The notes beneath the pieces were generated by a model. The model ran no database searches. It was not told the origin of the DNA and saw nothing but the letters and a program-made list of their open reading frames with translations. From Endomicrobiales bacterium (lineage in GTDB: Bacteria > Elusimicrobiota > Endomicrobiia > Endomicrobiales > JALOBY01), in NCBI GenBank assembly GCA_963796955.1, contig CAWCNJ010000009.1:37903-101902 (forward strand): a stretch of 64,000 nucleotides of DNA. Direction: 5' to 3'. Both the position numbers and the translations under genes were made by a program. Below are positions 1-9,364 of the stretch, piece by piece; the stretch's first letter is position 1; each line of letters begins with the position of its first letter.

Positions 1-66
1 ACAAAGAAACAGGAAGAAGAGCTGAGGAAAAAAGCCGGCGAACAGTTGAAGGGACTGTTCAAATAA
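1..66 (+). CDS. 3' end of an upstream gene (partial)
   Basis: Frame 1 reads TKKQEEELRKKAGEQLKGLFK-stop(TAA 64-66); convergent with the next gene. Product not identifiable. Confidence 0.5.
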   Translation, partial: TKKQEEELRKKAGEQLKGLFK

Positions 67-69
67 GAC

Positions 70-622
70 TTATTCCTTGAACGCGAAAACCGTGAATGTG
101 TACAGCTCCGTCCCCTTGTCCTGCCAGGCATCCTGCGATAGACCTGCTTTCTGGCAGCAGAGTTCGTCCATAAAACATTTCTTTGTCGGCAGCTGTTCCC
201 ATACCTGCGGCAGGAATAAGCCGCTGCAATAGACCTTTCCGTACTACCACCCCATGATGTTCCGGTTCGATCTCATCCGCGTTCTTGATCCTGGTAAGGG
301 GGGAAAGCACTGATATTTCTATTTTTATATCCTTCAGCTCGCCGGCGGTCACAGGCTTGAACCGGTTGTCTTCCACAGCGGCGGCGATAGCAAGCTGGCT
401 GACTGCCTGGTACAGCGGCAGCTGCGCGGCGGTCGTGCCGATGCAGCCTCGCAGGCAGTTGTCTTTGGTAAGCGTAACGAAAACGGCGGCGGGCTGCAGT
501 AGTTCTTTTTCCGTTGTTGTAACGTTCGGCAGCGCGCCTGTCTTCAAATATGCGGCTATAGAATCCCGTGCTATTTTAAATAACTCTGTCTGATTTTTCT
601 CGCCGATGGTAAAGTCGCCCAT
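70..622 (-). CDS. amrA: AMMECR1-family protein (AmmeMemoRadiSam system protein A), with apparent indels
   Basis: AVFVTL...LRGCIG, EISVLSP motifs; C-terminal GLFLPQVWEQLP and LCCQKAGL...AW...FKE-stop lie in shifted frames; AAGGAGG RBS before ATG at 622. Confidence 0.85.
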
Positions 623-696
623 GATGTGCCTCCTTGTCAAAGTATGTGTCATTATATCTCTATACAAACACTAATTCAATTATATACAATAAGACT

Positions 697-1599
697 ATGG
701 AAAATTTTGTGTCTCACGATCATAAGGAAGGCGGGTTGTCCGCTTCAAAATACTTTGGCGTTACATTGCTTAACGGCTTTATAACGCTGGTGGAAGCCGC
801 GGCCGGCATCATGTCAGGCAGCCTCGCACTGCTTTCGGATGCAGTGCACAACCTGGGCGATACCGTCTCAATACTGTTCAGTTATTTCGCCTGGAAGATA
901 GCGGGAAAAGAGCAGGACGCCCGACGGACGTACGGTTACAAACGGGCCGAGATCATAGCCGCGTTCGTTAACGCTTCGGTGCTGGTCGCGATATCTCTGT
1001 TCCTTGTTTTTGAGGCGGTGAAGCGTTTTCGCGCTCCGGAAACCATACACAGCGGCCTTATGATAGGCGCGGCGCTTTTCGGTTTGACGGCTAACTTCGT
1101 TTCCATGCTGTTACTGGAACAAGGCGCGCACGGCAATATGAACGTACGTTCCAGCTATCTGCACCTGCTTGGCGATACGGTCTCTTCCGTCGGCGTTCTG
1201 TGCGGCGGTATCGCGATACGGCTCTGGCAGGTTTTCTGGGTTGACCCGCTGGTCACTGTTTTGATCGCGGTATATATCATAAAGGAAAGCTGGGGCATCG
1301 TAAGAAACTCCGTACGGATCCTGATGCAGTCTTCCGCCGACCTTGATTATACCATGATGCGGCGGGATATCGAGGCTCTGCCGGAGGTAAAGAACATTCA
1401 CCACGTGCATACCTGGATGGCCAACGAAGAAACCATTTATTTCGAAGCCCATATAGATATGGATGACTGTCTTCTTTCCAGGTCCTGCCTGGTCTCCCAG
1501 AAGATCGAGGAACTCCTCAAAAATAAATATGGCATCTCACACGCAACTCTCCAATTTGAAACCGACCGTTGTTCCAAGAAGGATTTTTTCAACAAGTAG
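697..1599 (+). CDS. Cation diffusion facilitator (CzcD/ZitB-like Zn/Co/Cd efflux)
   Basis: SLALLSDAVHNLGD, TYGYKRAE, HLLGD, HHVHTW, HATLQFE motifs; six hydrophobic segments. Confidence 0.93.
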   Translation: MENFVSHDHKEGGLSASKYFGVTLLNGFITLVEAAAGIMSGSLALLSDAVHNLGDTVSILFSYFAWKIAGKEQDARRTYGYKRAEIIAAFVNASVLVAISLFLVFEAVKRFRAPETIHSGLMIGAALFGLTANFVSMLLLEQGAHGNMNVRSSYLHLLGDTVSSVGVLCGGIAIRLWQVFWVDPLVTVLIAVYIIKESWGIVRNSVRILMQSSADLDYTMMRRDIEALPEVKNIHHVHTWMANEETIYFEAHIDMDDCLLSRSCLVSQKIEELLKNKYGISHATLQFETDRCSKKDFFNK

Positions 1600-1604
1600 T
1601 GTCT

Positions 1605-2357
1605 TTACACGCCTATGAGCATTTTCAACAGCTGGCCCTTAACGGATACCGCAAAGACCGGTACGCCTTCCGCCGCCTGTTTCGGCGTATAGGTGCCGAA
1701 CATTCTGTCCCAGACGGTAAATATAAAACCGAGGTTCCTGCCTGCCATGCCCCTGGCGCCGTGATGGATCCGGTGGTAATCAGGTGTTATGAATAGTTTT
1801 TCAACGGGTCCCAGAGAGACATGTATGTTGGTGTGTATCCACAGATTGATCACGACGCCGAAAGAGAACGCGGCGCCGGTCTCAAGCGGCGACAGCTTTA
1901 ACAGGAAATAGCCTATGAATATCTGCGGCAGGGAGAACAGGAATAAATGTGTCAGGCTGGTGCGCGATCCGGACAGCCACCATATCTGGCCGATAGAGTG
2001 GTGAAAGGCATGCGTTCTCCAAAGTAGTTTTTTATGCATTGCCCTGTGGACCCAGTAGAGCGAAAGGTCTGTAAGGATAATGGCTGAAATAATTTTGAAG
2101 ACCGGTGCGATCCCGGAAAGAAATTCCTGGTTCGTGAAAAATGGGGGAACCAGAGCCCGCAGAACGTTGAAGCTTACCACCCGCGCCGATTCCCCGGCCG
2201 TTATCACAACGAACAGCGCGAGCAGGTTCAATTGCAAGTCTTGTTCTCTCACTACCGGCAGCCCGGGCCGGCGTCTTTCCATAACGTCCAGGGTAAGGAC
2301 GGCGATAAGGAATGTTATCACCTGCATCAGCTGTTCCGGCGGTATAGTAATAGACAA
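1605..2357 (-). CDS. Fatty acid hydroxylase / sterol desaturase family membrane protein
   Basis: His boxes YWVHRAMH, HAFHH, WIHTN, YHRIHH and WDRMFGT; GGAGG RBS before TTG start. Confidence 0.9.
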   Translation of the reverse strand: MSITIPPEQLMQVITFLIAVLTLDVMERRRPGLPVVREQDLQLNLLALFVVITAGESARVVSFNVLRALVPPFFTNQEFLSGIAPVFKIISAIILTDLSLYWVHRAMHKKLLWRTHAFHHSIGQIWWLSGSRTSLTHLFLFSLPQIFIGYFLLKLSPLETGAAFSFGVVINLWIHTNIHVSLGPVEKLFITPDYHRIHHGARGMAGRNLGFIFTVWDRMFGTYTPKQAAEGVPVFAVSVKGQLLKMLIGV

Positions 2358-2580
2358 TAGAGTGTCCTCCGTGGCACCTCTGTCGAGGCAGCGATTTTTT
2401 TAATATAATACATATCGTAAACTCTGTTAATGCGCTGATTCCCTCATATAATGGCTTTGTCGCCTGGTTTTCTGAATACAAAGTGGATAAAAGACAGTTA
2501 TCGATGGAGTCAGCCCATCATGAGAGAACATCGTCTCAGCTATAATATCGATCGAAAGATCACCGGTTTTCCTGGAGACG

Positions 2581-3798
2581 ATGAACAATATGAGAGTGCT
2601 ATTGATAGAAGATAATGCTGACGACGCACGGCTTGTGGCTGAATTGCTTAACGTCCGTTCTGAAATCGGTTTCAAACTTACGGTCTGCGAAACTCTCGGC
2701 GGGGGAATGGCGGAGCTTGCGGCGGGCCAGTTCGATGTCGTTATCTCGGACTTGAATTTGCCGGACAGCTCGGGTCTCGCCGGTATAGAGACGCTTGCGG
2801 TCGTCAACGCCGCCGTTCCGATAATCGTTCTGACAGGTAACAGCGATGAGACCCTGGGTATCCAGGCCCTGCAAAAAGGTGCCGCCGATTATCTGGTAAA
2901 GGGCCAGGTCACCGCGAATTTGATAAGCCGCAGTATCAGATATGCCATCGAAAGAAAATATGAAACAATTAAGCTGATAGAGGCAAGCCGCATCGCCGAC
3001 GAACGGGCAACCGCGCTTAAAGATCTTACCGATGACCTGGAAAATATCGTGGAACAAAGGACCTGTCAGCTGCTTAAAGCAAGCGCAGAGCTGGAGCGTT
3101 CCCGAAGGATGGCTGATGTCGGCCGCCTGGCTTCGACCATTTCACACGAGTTGCGCAATCCACTCGCGGCTATCAAGCTGGCGGCGTATAACCTGCAGAG
3201 AAAAACGAACGACCCCTCGCTTATACCTCACCTGAACAATATCAATAAAAAGATCAATGAGGGCGATACTATCATTCAAAACCTTCTCAGTTTCGCCCAT
3301 ACCAGGACGGATAACTTCGAAAATGTTGTTCTCAATACTCTGCTGGAGGAATGCATCGCCAATGTCCATGGGAAATACCAGTCGCACCAAACGGTATTAA
3401 AAAAAGACGTCGGTGTCGGTTCGCATGATACTATCGAGGCCGATCCGGTGCAGCTGCGTATCATGCTCTCTAATATTATTGACAACGCTTTCCAGTCCCT
3501 GCCGGACCAGAAGGGGACGGTTTCTGTCGCTGCCGGCATAATGGGACCGTCGTACATCATCTCTATCTCCGACACAGGCGTGGGAATAGAACCGGAAAAT
3601 ATCGACAAAGTTTACGAGCCGTTCTACACGACAAAATCCAAAGGCACCGGACTCGGTCTTGCCGTCTGTAAGGATATTATCGAGAGCCATCACGGTGCGA
3701 TAGAACTTCGCAGCGAGCCTCATAAAGGGACCACGTTCATTGTCACACTGCCCGTCAGACAGCCGAAAGATCAAAAACACCTGCTTAAAAGTGAATGA
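2581..3798 (+). CDS. Hybrid receiver-histidine kinase (REC-HisKA-HATPase)
   Basis: LLIEDN/SDLNLPD/YLVK receiver; HELRNPL H-box; DTGVG, PFYTTK, GTGLGL boxes. Confidence 0.92.
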   Translation: MNNMRVLLIEDNADDARLVAELLNVRSEIGFKLTVCETLGGGMAELAAGQFDVVISDLNLPDSSGLAGIETLAVVNAAVPIIVLTGNSDETLGIQALQKGAADYLVKGQVTANLISRSIRYAIERKYETIKLIEASRIADERATALKDLTDDLENIVEQRTCQLLKASAELERSRRMADVGRLASTISHELRNPLAAIKLAAYNLQRKTNDPSLIPHLNNINKKINEGDTIIQNLLSFAHTRTDNFENVVLNTLLEECIANVHGKYQSHQTVLKKDVGVGSHDTIEADPVQLRIMLSNIIDNAFQSLPDQKGTVSVAAGIMGPSYIISISDTGVGIEPENIDKVYEPFYTTKSKGTGLGLAVCKDIIESHHGAIELRSEPHKGTTFIVTLPVRQPKDQKHLLKSE

Positions 3799-3911
3799 AG
3801 TCAGCCGAAAACGGATTATTGATATTTCGCTCATTAAATGAATTGTATATCATGTAAACATCAGCCGCTAATTTAATAATTTGAGTTGTGCGATAATTAC
3901 GGGAGGGTATT

Positions 3912-4682
3912 GTGCCAGACAAGATACTATTAGTAGATGATGACCAGGTTTCTCGGGAAGAAATGAAGTGCTGTTTAGAAGAATATGACGTGATAGAGGC
4001 TAAGAACGGTCAGGAGGCGCTCAGCATTTTGAACAAGCCTAACGAAATAGACCTGATGATACTGGACATACGGATGCCGGGTCTCGCGGGAACGGAAGTG
4101 CTGAAGATAATCAAGAAAAAAGAGTCGGCGCCGATCGTTATAATGTTGACGGGATTCAGTTCAACCGATACTGCCGTCGAATCGTTGAGGGGCCAGGCGG
4201 ATGAGTACCTGGAAAAACCGATCGATATTGAAAAACTTAAAGCCGTCGTGGCGAAGCTGCTGGAGGCGAAAAAATACAAGAGCGACGATACGGGCGCTGC
4301 CGACGTAAATCAGAAGATCGACCGGGTTAAACGGTTCATAGAAAGAAATTGCCTTAAACGGGTGTCCCTGGAAGATGCGGCGAAAACCGTCGGCTTCAGC
4401 CCTAAATATCTGAGCCGGGTTTTCAGCGAAGTGGCCGGGGAAGGGTTCATGGATTACCGTCTTAAGGTTAAGACCAATAAGGCAAAAGAGCTGCTGGCGG
4501 TCAAGGGGTATACCATAAGCGATATCTCCGACAAGCTTGGGTTCATGAACCCGGAATCTTTCATGAGGATATTCAAGAAGATCACCGGCCTGACACCCAC
4601 GCAGTACCGCGAGCCTGAGATCAAGCGGCTTGCCAGGCGCGCCCCGGTCGCGAAAAAAGCGGGACGGAAAAAGAAAAAATAG
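3912..4682 (+). CDS. Response regulator with AraC-type HTH
   Basis: LVDDD, LDIRMPG, LEKP; C-terminal YLSRVF...AKELL...LGFMNPESFMRIFKKITGLTPTQYR. Confidence 0.92.
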   Translation: MPDKILLVDDDQVSREEMKCCLEEYDVIEAKNGQEALSILNKPNEIDLMILDIRMPGLAGTEVLKIIKKKESAPIVIMLTGFSSTDTAVESLRGQADEYLEKPIDIEKLKAVVAKLLEAKKYKSDDTGAADVNQKIDRVKRFIERNCLKRVSLEDAAKTVGFSPKYLSRVFSEVAGEGFMDYRLKVKTNKAKELLAVKGYTISDISDKLGFMNPESFMRIFKKITGLTPTQYREPEIKRLARRAPVAKKAGRKKKK

Positions 4683-4685
4683 AAC

Positions 4686-5870
4686 ATGCCTGCCCACGAA
4701 CTATCACTCCAGGATTCTGCCACGACTGAAGAACAATGCCAGCAACAGGCCGCGCTCCTGCAGGAGCAGGCCAGGATGCTGGAACAGGCTCAGATTATTG
4801 TCTGGAATGATACGGACGGGATCACCCAGTGGACACGCGGCGCCGAGCTGCTCTATGGGTGGAGTAAGTCGGAAGCCGTCGGTAAAAAACCGTTCGAGCT
4901 GCTGAAAACGATGACACCCAGGCCTGTTGAAGACATTATGTCCGATGTGGTAAGCGACCAGCGTTGGGAAGGCGAGCTGTTGAACACGAGAAAAGACGGT
5001 CACCAGATAACGGTCGCCAGTTGCTGGGCGCTGAACCGCGACCGGGCCGGGCGGACCACGATCATCGAGTCAGACAGCGATATAACCAGGCTGAAAGTGT
5101 ATGAACTTGCCTTGAGCAGGGACAAGGATGCTTTCGAAAAAATGGTCGCCGACAAAACGCGCGAACTGGTTTCAACACAGATGGAACTGGAGCGCACCCG
5201 GCGGCTTTCGGATATAGGCACGCTGGCCGCGACGGTGGCGCACGAATTAAGGAACCCTCTCGGGGTTATACGGACCGCGGTCTACAACATCAAACGCAAG
5301 GCCCATAATCCGCTGCTGGACGGCCACATAGGCAACATCGAGAAGAAAATTCTGGAAGGCGATCAGATAATCAACAACCTGTTGGGCTATTCCCGGATCA
5401 GAACGCCCCAGTACGAAAAGATAAAACTGTACGACGTTCTGGATGAATGCGTAAACATCGCCCGGGAACGTTTTGAGAAAAAACATATTCTTTTCATCAA
5501 GGATGCCGAATCCATACGGGAGCAGTTCATGGACGGCGATCATTTTCAGCTGCGTGAAGTGCTGAATAATATACTTGATAACGCGGGCCAGGCGGTCGAA
5601 GCCGGCAAGGGAGTTATCAAAGTTTCAGCGCATACCGATACTGCCGGCTGTATGATCCTGACGATTACCGACAACGGTTCCGGTATCGACGGGGCGGACA
5701 TCGGCAGGTTGTTCGAGCCGTTCTTTACGAGAAAGTCCAAAGGCACGGGTCTTGGCCTGACGGTTTGCAAAGAGATGATAAGCCTGCACCACGGGGATAT
5801 AAGAATAGGCAGTGAACCAAGCAAGGGGACGACCGTAACTATTACGTTGCCATTGGAGAGAGCGACATGA
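4686..5870 (+). CDS. PAS-domain sensor histidine kinase
   Basis: PAS (WTRGAELLYGWSKSEAVGK...WEGE...RKDG); HELRNPL; DNGSG, FFTRKSKGTGLGL. Confidence 0.92.
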   Translation: MPAHELSLQDSATTEEQCQQQAALLQEQARMLEQAQIIVWNDTDGITQWTRGAELLYGWSKSEAVGKKPFELLKTMTPRPVEDIMSDVVSDQRWEGELLNTRKDGHQITVASCWALNRDRAGRTTIIESDSDITRLKVYELALSRDKDAFEKMVADKTRELVSTQMELERTRRLSDIGTLAATVAHELRNPLGVIRTAVYNIKRKAHNPLLDGHIGNIEKKILEGDQIINNLLGYSRIRTPQYEKIKLYDVLDECVNIARERFEKKHILFIKDAESIREQFMDGDHFQLREVLNNILDNAGQAVEAGKGVIKVSAHTDTAGCMILTITDNGSGIDGADIGRLFEPFFTRKSKGTGLGLTVCKEMISLHHGDIRIGSEPSKGTTVTITLPLERAT

Positions 5871-6256
5871 GCAAAAAGAAACTGCTTATTATTGATGATG
5901 ATGTGGAAATGTGCGAAGAGATCTCGGAGATACTGCGTGATGAAGGGTATGATGTAAGCACTGTTCACGACGGGATCGAGGGCAGGGAACTTTTGACCCG
6001 CGAGCCTTTTGACCTGGTGCTGCTGGACATAAAGATACCCGGTATGAACGGTTTTGAGGTCTTGAGGTCTATCCGTGATGAAAATATAAACGTCAAGGTC
6101 ATTGTGCTTTCCGGCCGGCCCATGGTCAAAGAACTGAGCGGCCAGGCGTCTGACTACGACGATGAAGAAATGGTCCTGAAAAAAGCCGACAGTGTCATGG
6201 GCAAACCCTACGATATTACGAAGGTTCTGGAGACAACGAAAAAACTGTTATCCTGA
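5867..6256 (+). CDS. Single-domain response regulator
   Basis: IIDDD, LLDIKIPGMNG, KP motifs; no output domain. Confidence 0.9.
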   Translation: MSKKKLLIIDDDVEMCEEISEILRDEGYDVSTVHDGIEGRELLTREPFDLVLLDIKIPGMNGFEVLRSIRDENINVKVIVLSGRPMVKELSGQASDYDDEEMVLKKADSVMGKPYDITKVLETTKKLLS

Positions 6257-6430
6257 GGTTCATATACAAAAGCGTACCTTTTGCCTCCGACCATGAACAA
6301 CGGCTGGGGGCATTATTGTCGGCAGAGCGTCGGACACCGGAGAATAGTCAGGAAAAAACAGAACCAGCCGATGCTTTCCTGCCGACGGTTAAGTTAGAAT
6401 CTGGTTGCACATCCATCCCAGGGGGGAGAA

Positions 6431-6802
6431 ATGAAAAAAAAGCGGATCTTGATCGTTGATGATGATGAAACGTTCCTTGAAGAGCTCAACAACACCATGC
6501 AGATGTGCGGCTACGATACGATAACCCGCAACAGCGGGAAAACGGTCGTTAAGGACGCCGATGAAAAGAAGCCGGACGTGATCTTGCTGGATATGAAGAT
6601 AAACGGGAAAAGCGGTTTCCAGATAGCGGATGACCTGAAACATTTTCCTTCCACATCCAATATCCCGATCGTCGCGATGACCGGGATCTTCACGGAGCGG
6701 CTGCACCGGACTTTTATGAAGGGCCTCGGGATCGATGAATGCGTCCTGAAACCTTTCAATCCCCTGGATATAATCTCGAAAATAGAATTCTTAACAAAGT
6801 AG
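6431..6802 (+). CDS. Single-domain response regulator
   Basis: IVDDD, LLDMKINGKSG, MTG, KPF. Confidence 0.9.
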   Translation: MKKKRILIVDDDETFLEELNNTMQMCGYDTITRNSGKTVVKDADEKKPDVILLDMKINGKSGFQIADDLKHFPSTSNIPIVAMTGIFTERLHRTFMKGLGIDECVLKPFNPLDIISKIEFLTK

Positions 6803-6815
6803 CAATGGAGAGCCT

Positions 6816-7265
6816 ATGAAGCAGACAGTGATGATCATTGATGATGATAAGGTATTGCTGAGCGAGCTTACTGAGGCGCTGGAAGCGAACGGTTTTCTGG
6901 TACGGCCATTTTCTGACGGTAAAACGGCGCTCGCCGCGGCTCCCAGGATCATGCCGGATATCATTTTGCTGGATCTGAAGATGGATAAGGTGAGCGGATT
7001 TCAGGTGGCAGACAAGCTGAATTGTTCACCTAAGACGGAGAACATACCGATCATAGCCATGACCGGGTATTTCACCCAGGATGAATATTCACTGATAACC
7101 AGGATCTGCGGCATGAAGAAATGCATCAACAAACCGTTTAAAATGGAAGATATTATCGCGGAAGTATCGAGGATACTCGCGGCCCGGGATCAAAAAACCG
7201 AGCCGGCAAAAAGCGGAGGTGCACAGTATGAAAAAAGCGAAGAGCTCAACAAAATCGAAAAGTAA
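6816..7265 (+). CDS. Single-domain response regulator
   Basis: IIDDD, LLDLKMDKVSG, MTG, KPF; visibly paralogous to the preceding gene. Confidence 0.9.
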   Translation: MKQTVMIIDDDKVLLSELTEALEANGFLVRPFSDGKTALAAAPRIMPDIILLDLKMDKVSGFQVADKLNCSPKTENIPIIAMTGYFTQDEYSLITRICGMKKCINKPFKMEDIIAEVSRILAARDQKTEPAKSGGAQYEKSEELNKIEK

Positions 7266-7422
7266 AAAACAGCACGCTGAGCAGGGTGATAAACTTTCCT
7301 GCGAGGAGTGCGGTATGACGGTTATCGTAGAGGATTGCGGAGATAACGAAGACGTGTGCGGCGTCAGCTGCTGCGGTGAGCCCATGCAGGTGTGTTCCGA
7401 CGAAGAGGAGCAGGTGGAATAA
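7228..7422 (+). CDS. Small desulforedoxin-like Cys-rich metal-binding protein
   Basis: GGAGGT RBS; LSCEECGMTVIV...SCCGEPM matches the CxxCG...CCGxxM pattern. Confidence 0.65.
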   Translation: MKKAKSSTKSKSKKQHAEQGDKLSCEECGMTVIVEDCGDNEDVCGVSCCGEPMQVCSDEEEQVE

Positions 7423-7464
7423 TGAGATCCAGTCCCGTTGAGCGGGACTGCCGGGGAGACTAAC

Positions 7465-7650
7465 ATGCAGATCAATATGCACAGGCAGGATTTGGATATC
7501 GGGTCAAATGTAGAGGAGCTGGAGGTCAGCGCCAGCTGCAGCAATTGCAGCCTGGCTTCCATTGAAGGCGCCTGCAATAAATGTGTCAATTGCAGCGAAC
7601 CGGTCGTAGAGCGTAAACCCAGACGGCCTAAAAAATCGATGTGGCAGTAA
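7465..7650 (+). CDS. Small Cys-rich hypothetical protein
   Basis: GGGGAG RBS; CSNC...CNKCVNC; operon-like spacing with neighbours. Confidence 0.5.
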   Translation: MQINMHRQDLDIGSNVEELEVSASCSNCSLASIEGACNKCVNCSEPVVERKPRRPKKSMWQ

Positions 7651-7672
7651 GCCGTACATGTACGGGGGAAAA

Positions 7673-7923
7673 ATGAACATAAAAATGGGTGTTTGGATCG
7701 ATAAGGAGAAAGCCGTGATCACCTCGATCTATGACAAAAACGAAGATGTGCAGTTCGTTGAATCAAAAGCAGGCGATCAGGCCGCGTCCTATTATAACAA
7801 CGTTATCGAAAAATTGCGCAAGGCTGAGATGGTGCACATTTTCGGTCCGACAGAACCCAAAACGAGCTGGTTAAATATATGAAGATATCAGGCCTCGGCG
7901 AGCGTATTTCGGCGGTCGTTTAA
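7673..7923 (+). CDS. Small eRF1-like/host-attachment-type protein, apparent 1-nt indel near 7860
   Basis: GVWID.EKAVI...YY..VI..L..AE.V.IFGP.E.K pattern; shifted frame continues NELVKYMKISGLGERISAVV-stop. Confidence 0.55.
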
Positions 7924-7936
7924 GTCAAGACCTGAA

Positions 7937-9364
7937 ATGCGCGTTCTCATCATCAGCTCCAACAGGAACAAAAAACCGGTACCGGTGATGCCTTACGGCG
8001 CCTGCATGATAGCAGACGCGGCAAGGCGGGCGGGACACGAGGTGCGGTTCCTGGACCTGATGTTCGAGCGCGACGTTGCCGAGGCATTAGCGTTCGCGTG
8101 CAAGTGGAAGCCCGATGTAGCAGGTATATCGCTGAGAAATATCGATAACAATGATATGTACGATCCTGTGGTGTACACGCAGGAACTTGAGCCGATGATC
8201 AACTTTATACGGAGCGCCACGCAGGCCTCAATAGTGATAGGCGGGGCGGCGTGCGGAGTAATGCCTCTTCCTTTACTACGCAGCACCAAAGCCGATTATC
8301 TTATTGCAGGTAACGGCGAGGAAAGCTTTATAGCGCTGCTGGAAAATATAGAATGCAATATCAGACCGGGAAATATCCCCGGTCTAGCCTGGAATGACGG
8401 CGGTAGCGTGCGTTTGGCTCCGGTAGCTTTTAAACCCTATACTGAGTGTGTAGCCCCTGATTTCGCGCGCTGGGTAGATATACGGTCTTACCGGGCAGCG
8501 AATGTTCCGGCGCCGTTGCAGAGCAAGCGCGGCTGTCCGCTCAACTGTATCTATTGCACGTACAGCCTTTGCGAGGGCAAAGAGTACCGGCTGGCCTCGC
8601 CGGAAAGCGTGGTCATCGCGGTAGAGCGTCTGTTGGACCAGGGGTTCACCGATGTCGATTTTGTGGACAGTGTTTTTAATGCGCCGTACGAACACGCGTT
8701 GGAAATCTGCGCCGTTCTTTCAAAACATTTCAAGGGCAGGGCCAGGTTCCATACCATGGAACTGAGCCCGCACCATTTGGATGATACGTTACTTTCCGCC
8801 ATGACAGACGCCGGTTTTTCTTCGGTCGGTATAACCGCGGAAAGCGCCTCTGATACCGTGCTGCGCAACCTCGGTAAACCGTATACGGTCAAAGAGATCA
8901 CGGAGGCGGCACAGTGCGTGCGCAGGCATACGCTGCCCTGTATGTGGATATTCATGCTGGGCGGCCCCGGCGAGACCGCGGAAAGCGTGCGGGAAACATT
9001 CACGTTCGCCAGAGAGCAGGTGCGCCGCAGCGACAGTGTTTTCTTCAACGCGGGTATCCGGATATACCCGGGGACAGTGCTGGAAAAGATAGCCCGGCGC
9101 GAAGGCGTGCTCACTGTTCCGGCGGAAGAAATGCTTAACCCGGTGTCGTATTGTTCGCCGGGTTTGAACAGGACCTGGCTGGAAGCCGCCCTGCGCAGAC
9201 AGGTGCTGCTGCATAAGAATTTTATCGACCCGGATTCCTTCAACATCCCTTTTCTCCCCGCGTTGTCGAAGCTAGCTTCCTTTCTGGGGATCCGTTATCC
9301 GTTGTGGAAATATACAGGCCAATTACGCATGCTGCTAGGGCGAATACCGGGGGTTTCAACGTGA
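7937..9364 (+). CDS. Cobalamin-binding radical SAM enzyme (class B methyltransferase-like)
   Basis: N-terminal B12-binding region (P.G...GHEV..LD...PDVAGISLRNIDN); KRGCPLNCIYC; GGPGET; GIRIYPGT. Confidence 0.92.
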   Translation: MRVLIISSNRNKKPVPVMPYGACMIADAARRAGHEVRFLDLMFERDVAEALAFACKWKPDVAGISLRNIDNNDMYDPVVYTQELEPMINFIRSATQASIVIGGAACGVMPLPLLRSTKADYLIAGNGEESFIALLENIECNIRPGNIPGLAWNDGGSVRLAPVAFKPYTECVAPDFARWVDIRSYRAANVPAPLQSKRGCPLNCIYCTYSLCEGKEYRLASPESVVIAVERLLDQGFTDVDFVDSVFNAPYEHALEICAVLSKHFKGRARFHTMELSPHHLDDTLLSAMTDAGFSSVGITAESASDTVLRNLGKPYTVKEITEAAQCVRRHTLPCMWIFMLGGPGETAESVRETFTFAREQVRRSDSVFFNAGIRIYPGTVLEKIARREGVLTVPAEEMLNPVSYCSPGLNRTWLEAALRRQVLLHKNFIDPDSFNIPFLPALSKLASFLGIRYPLWKYTGQLRMLLGRIPGVST

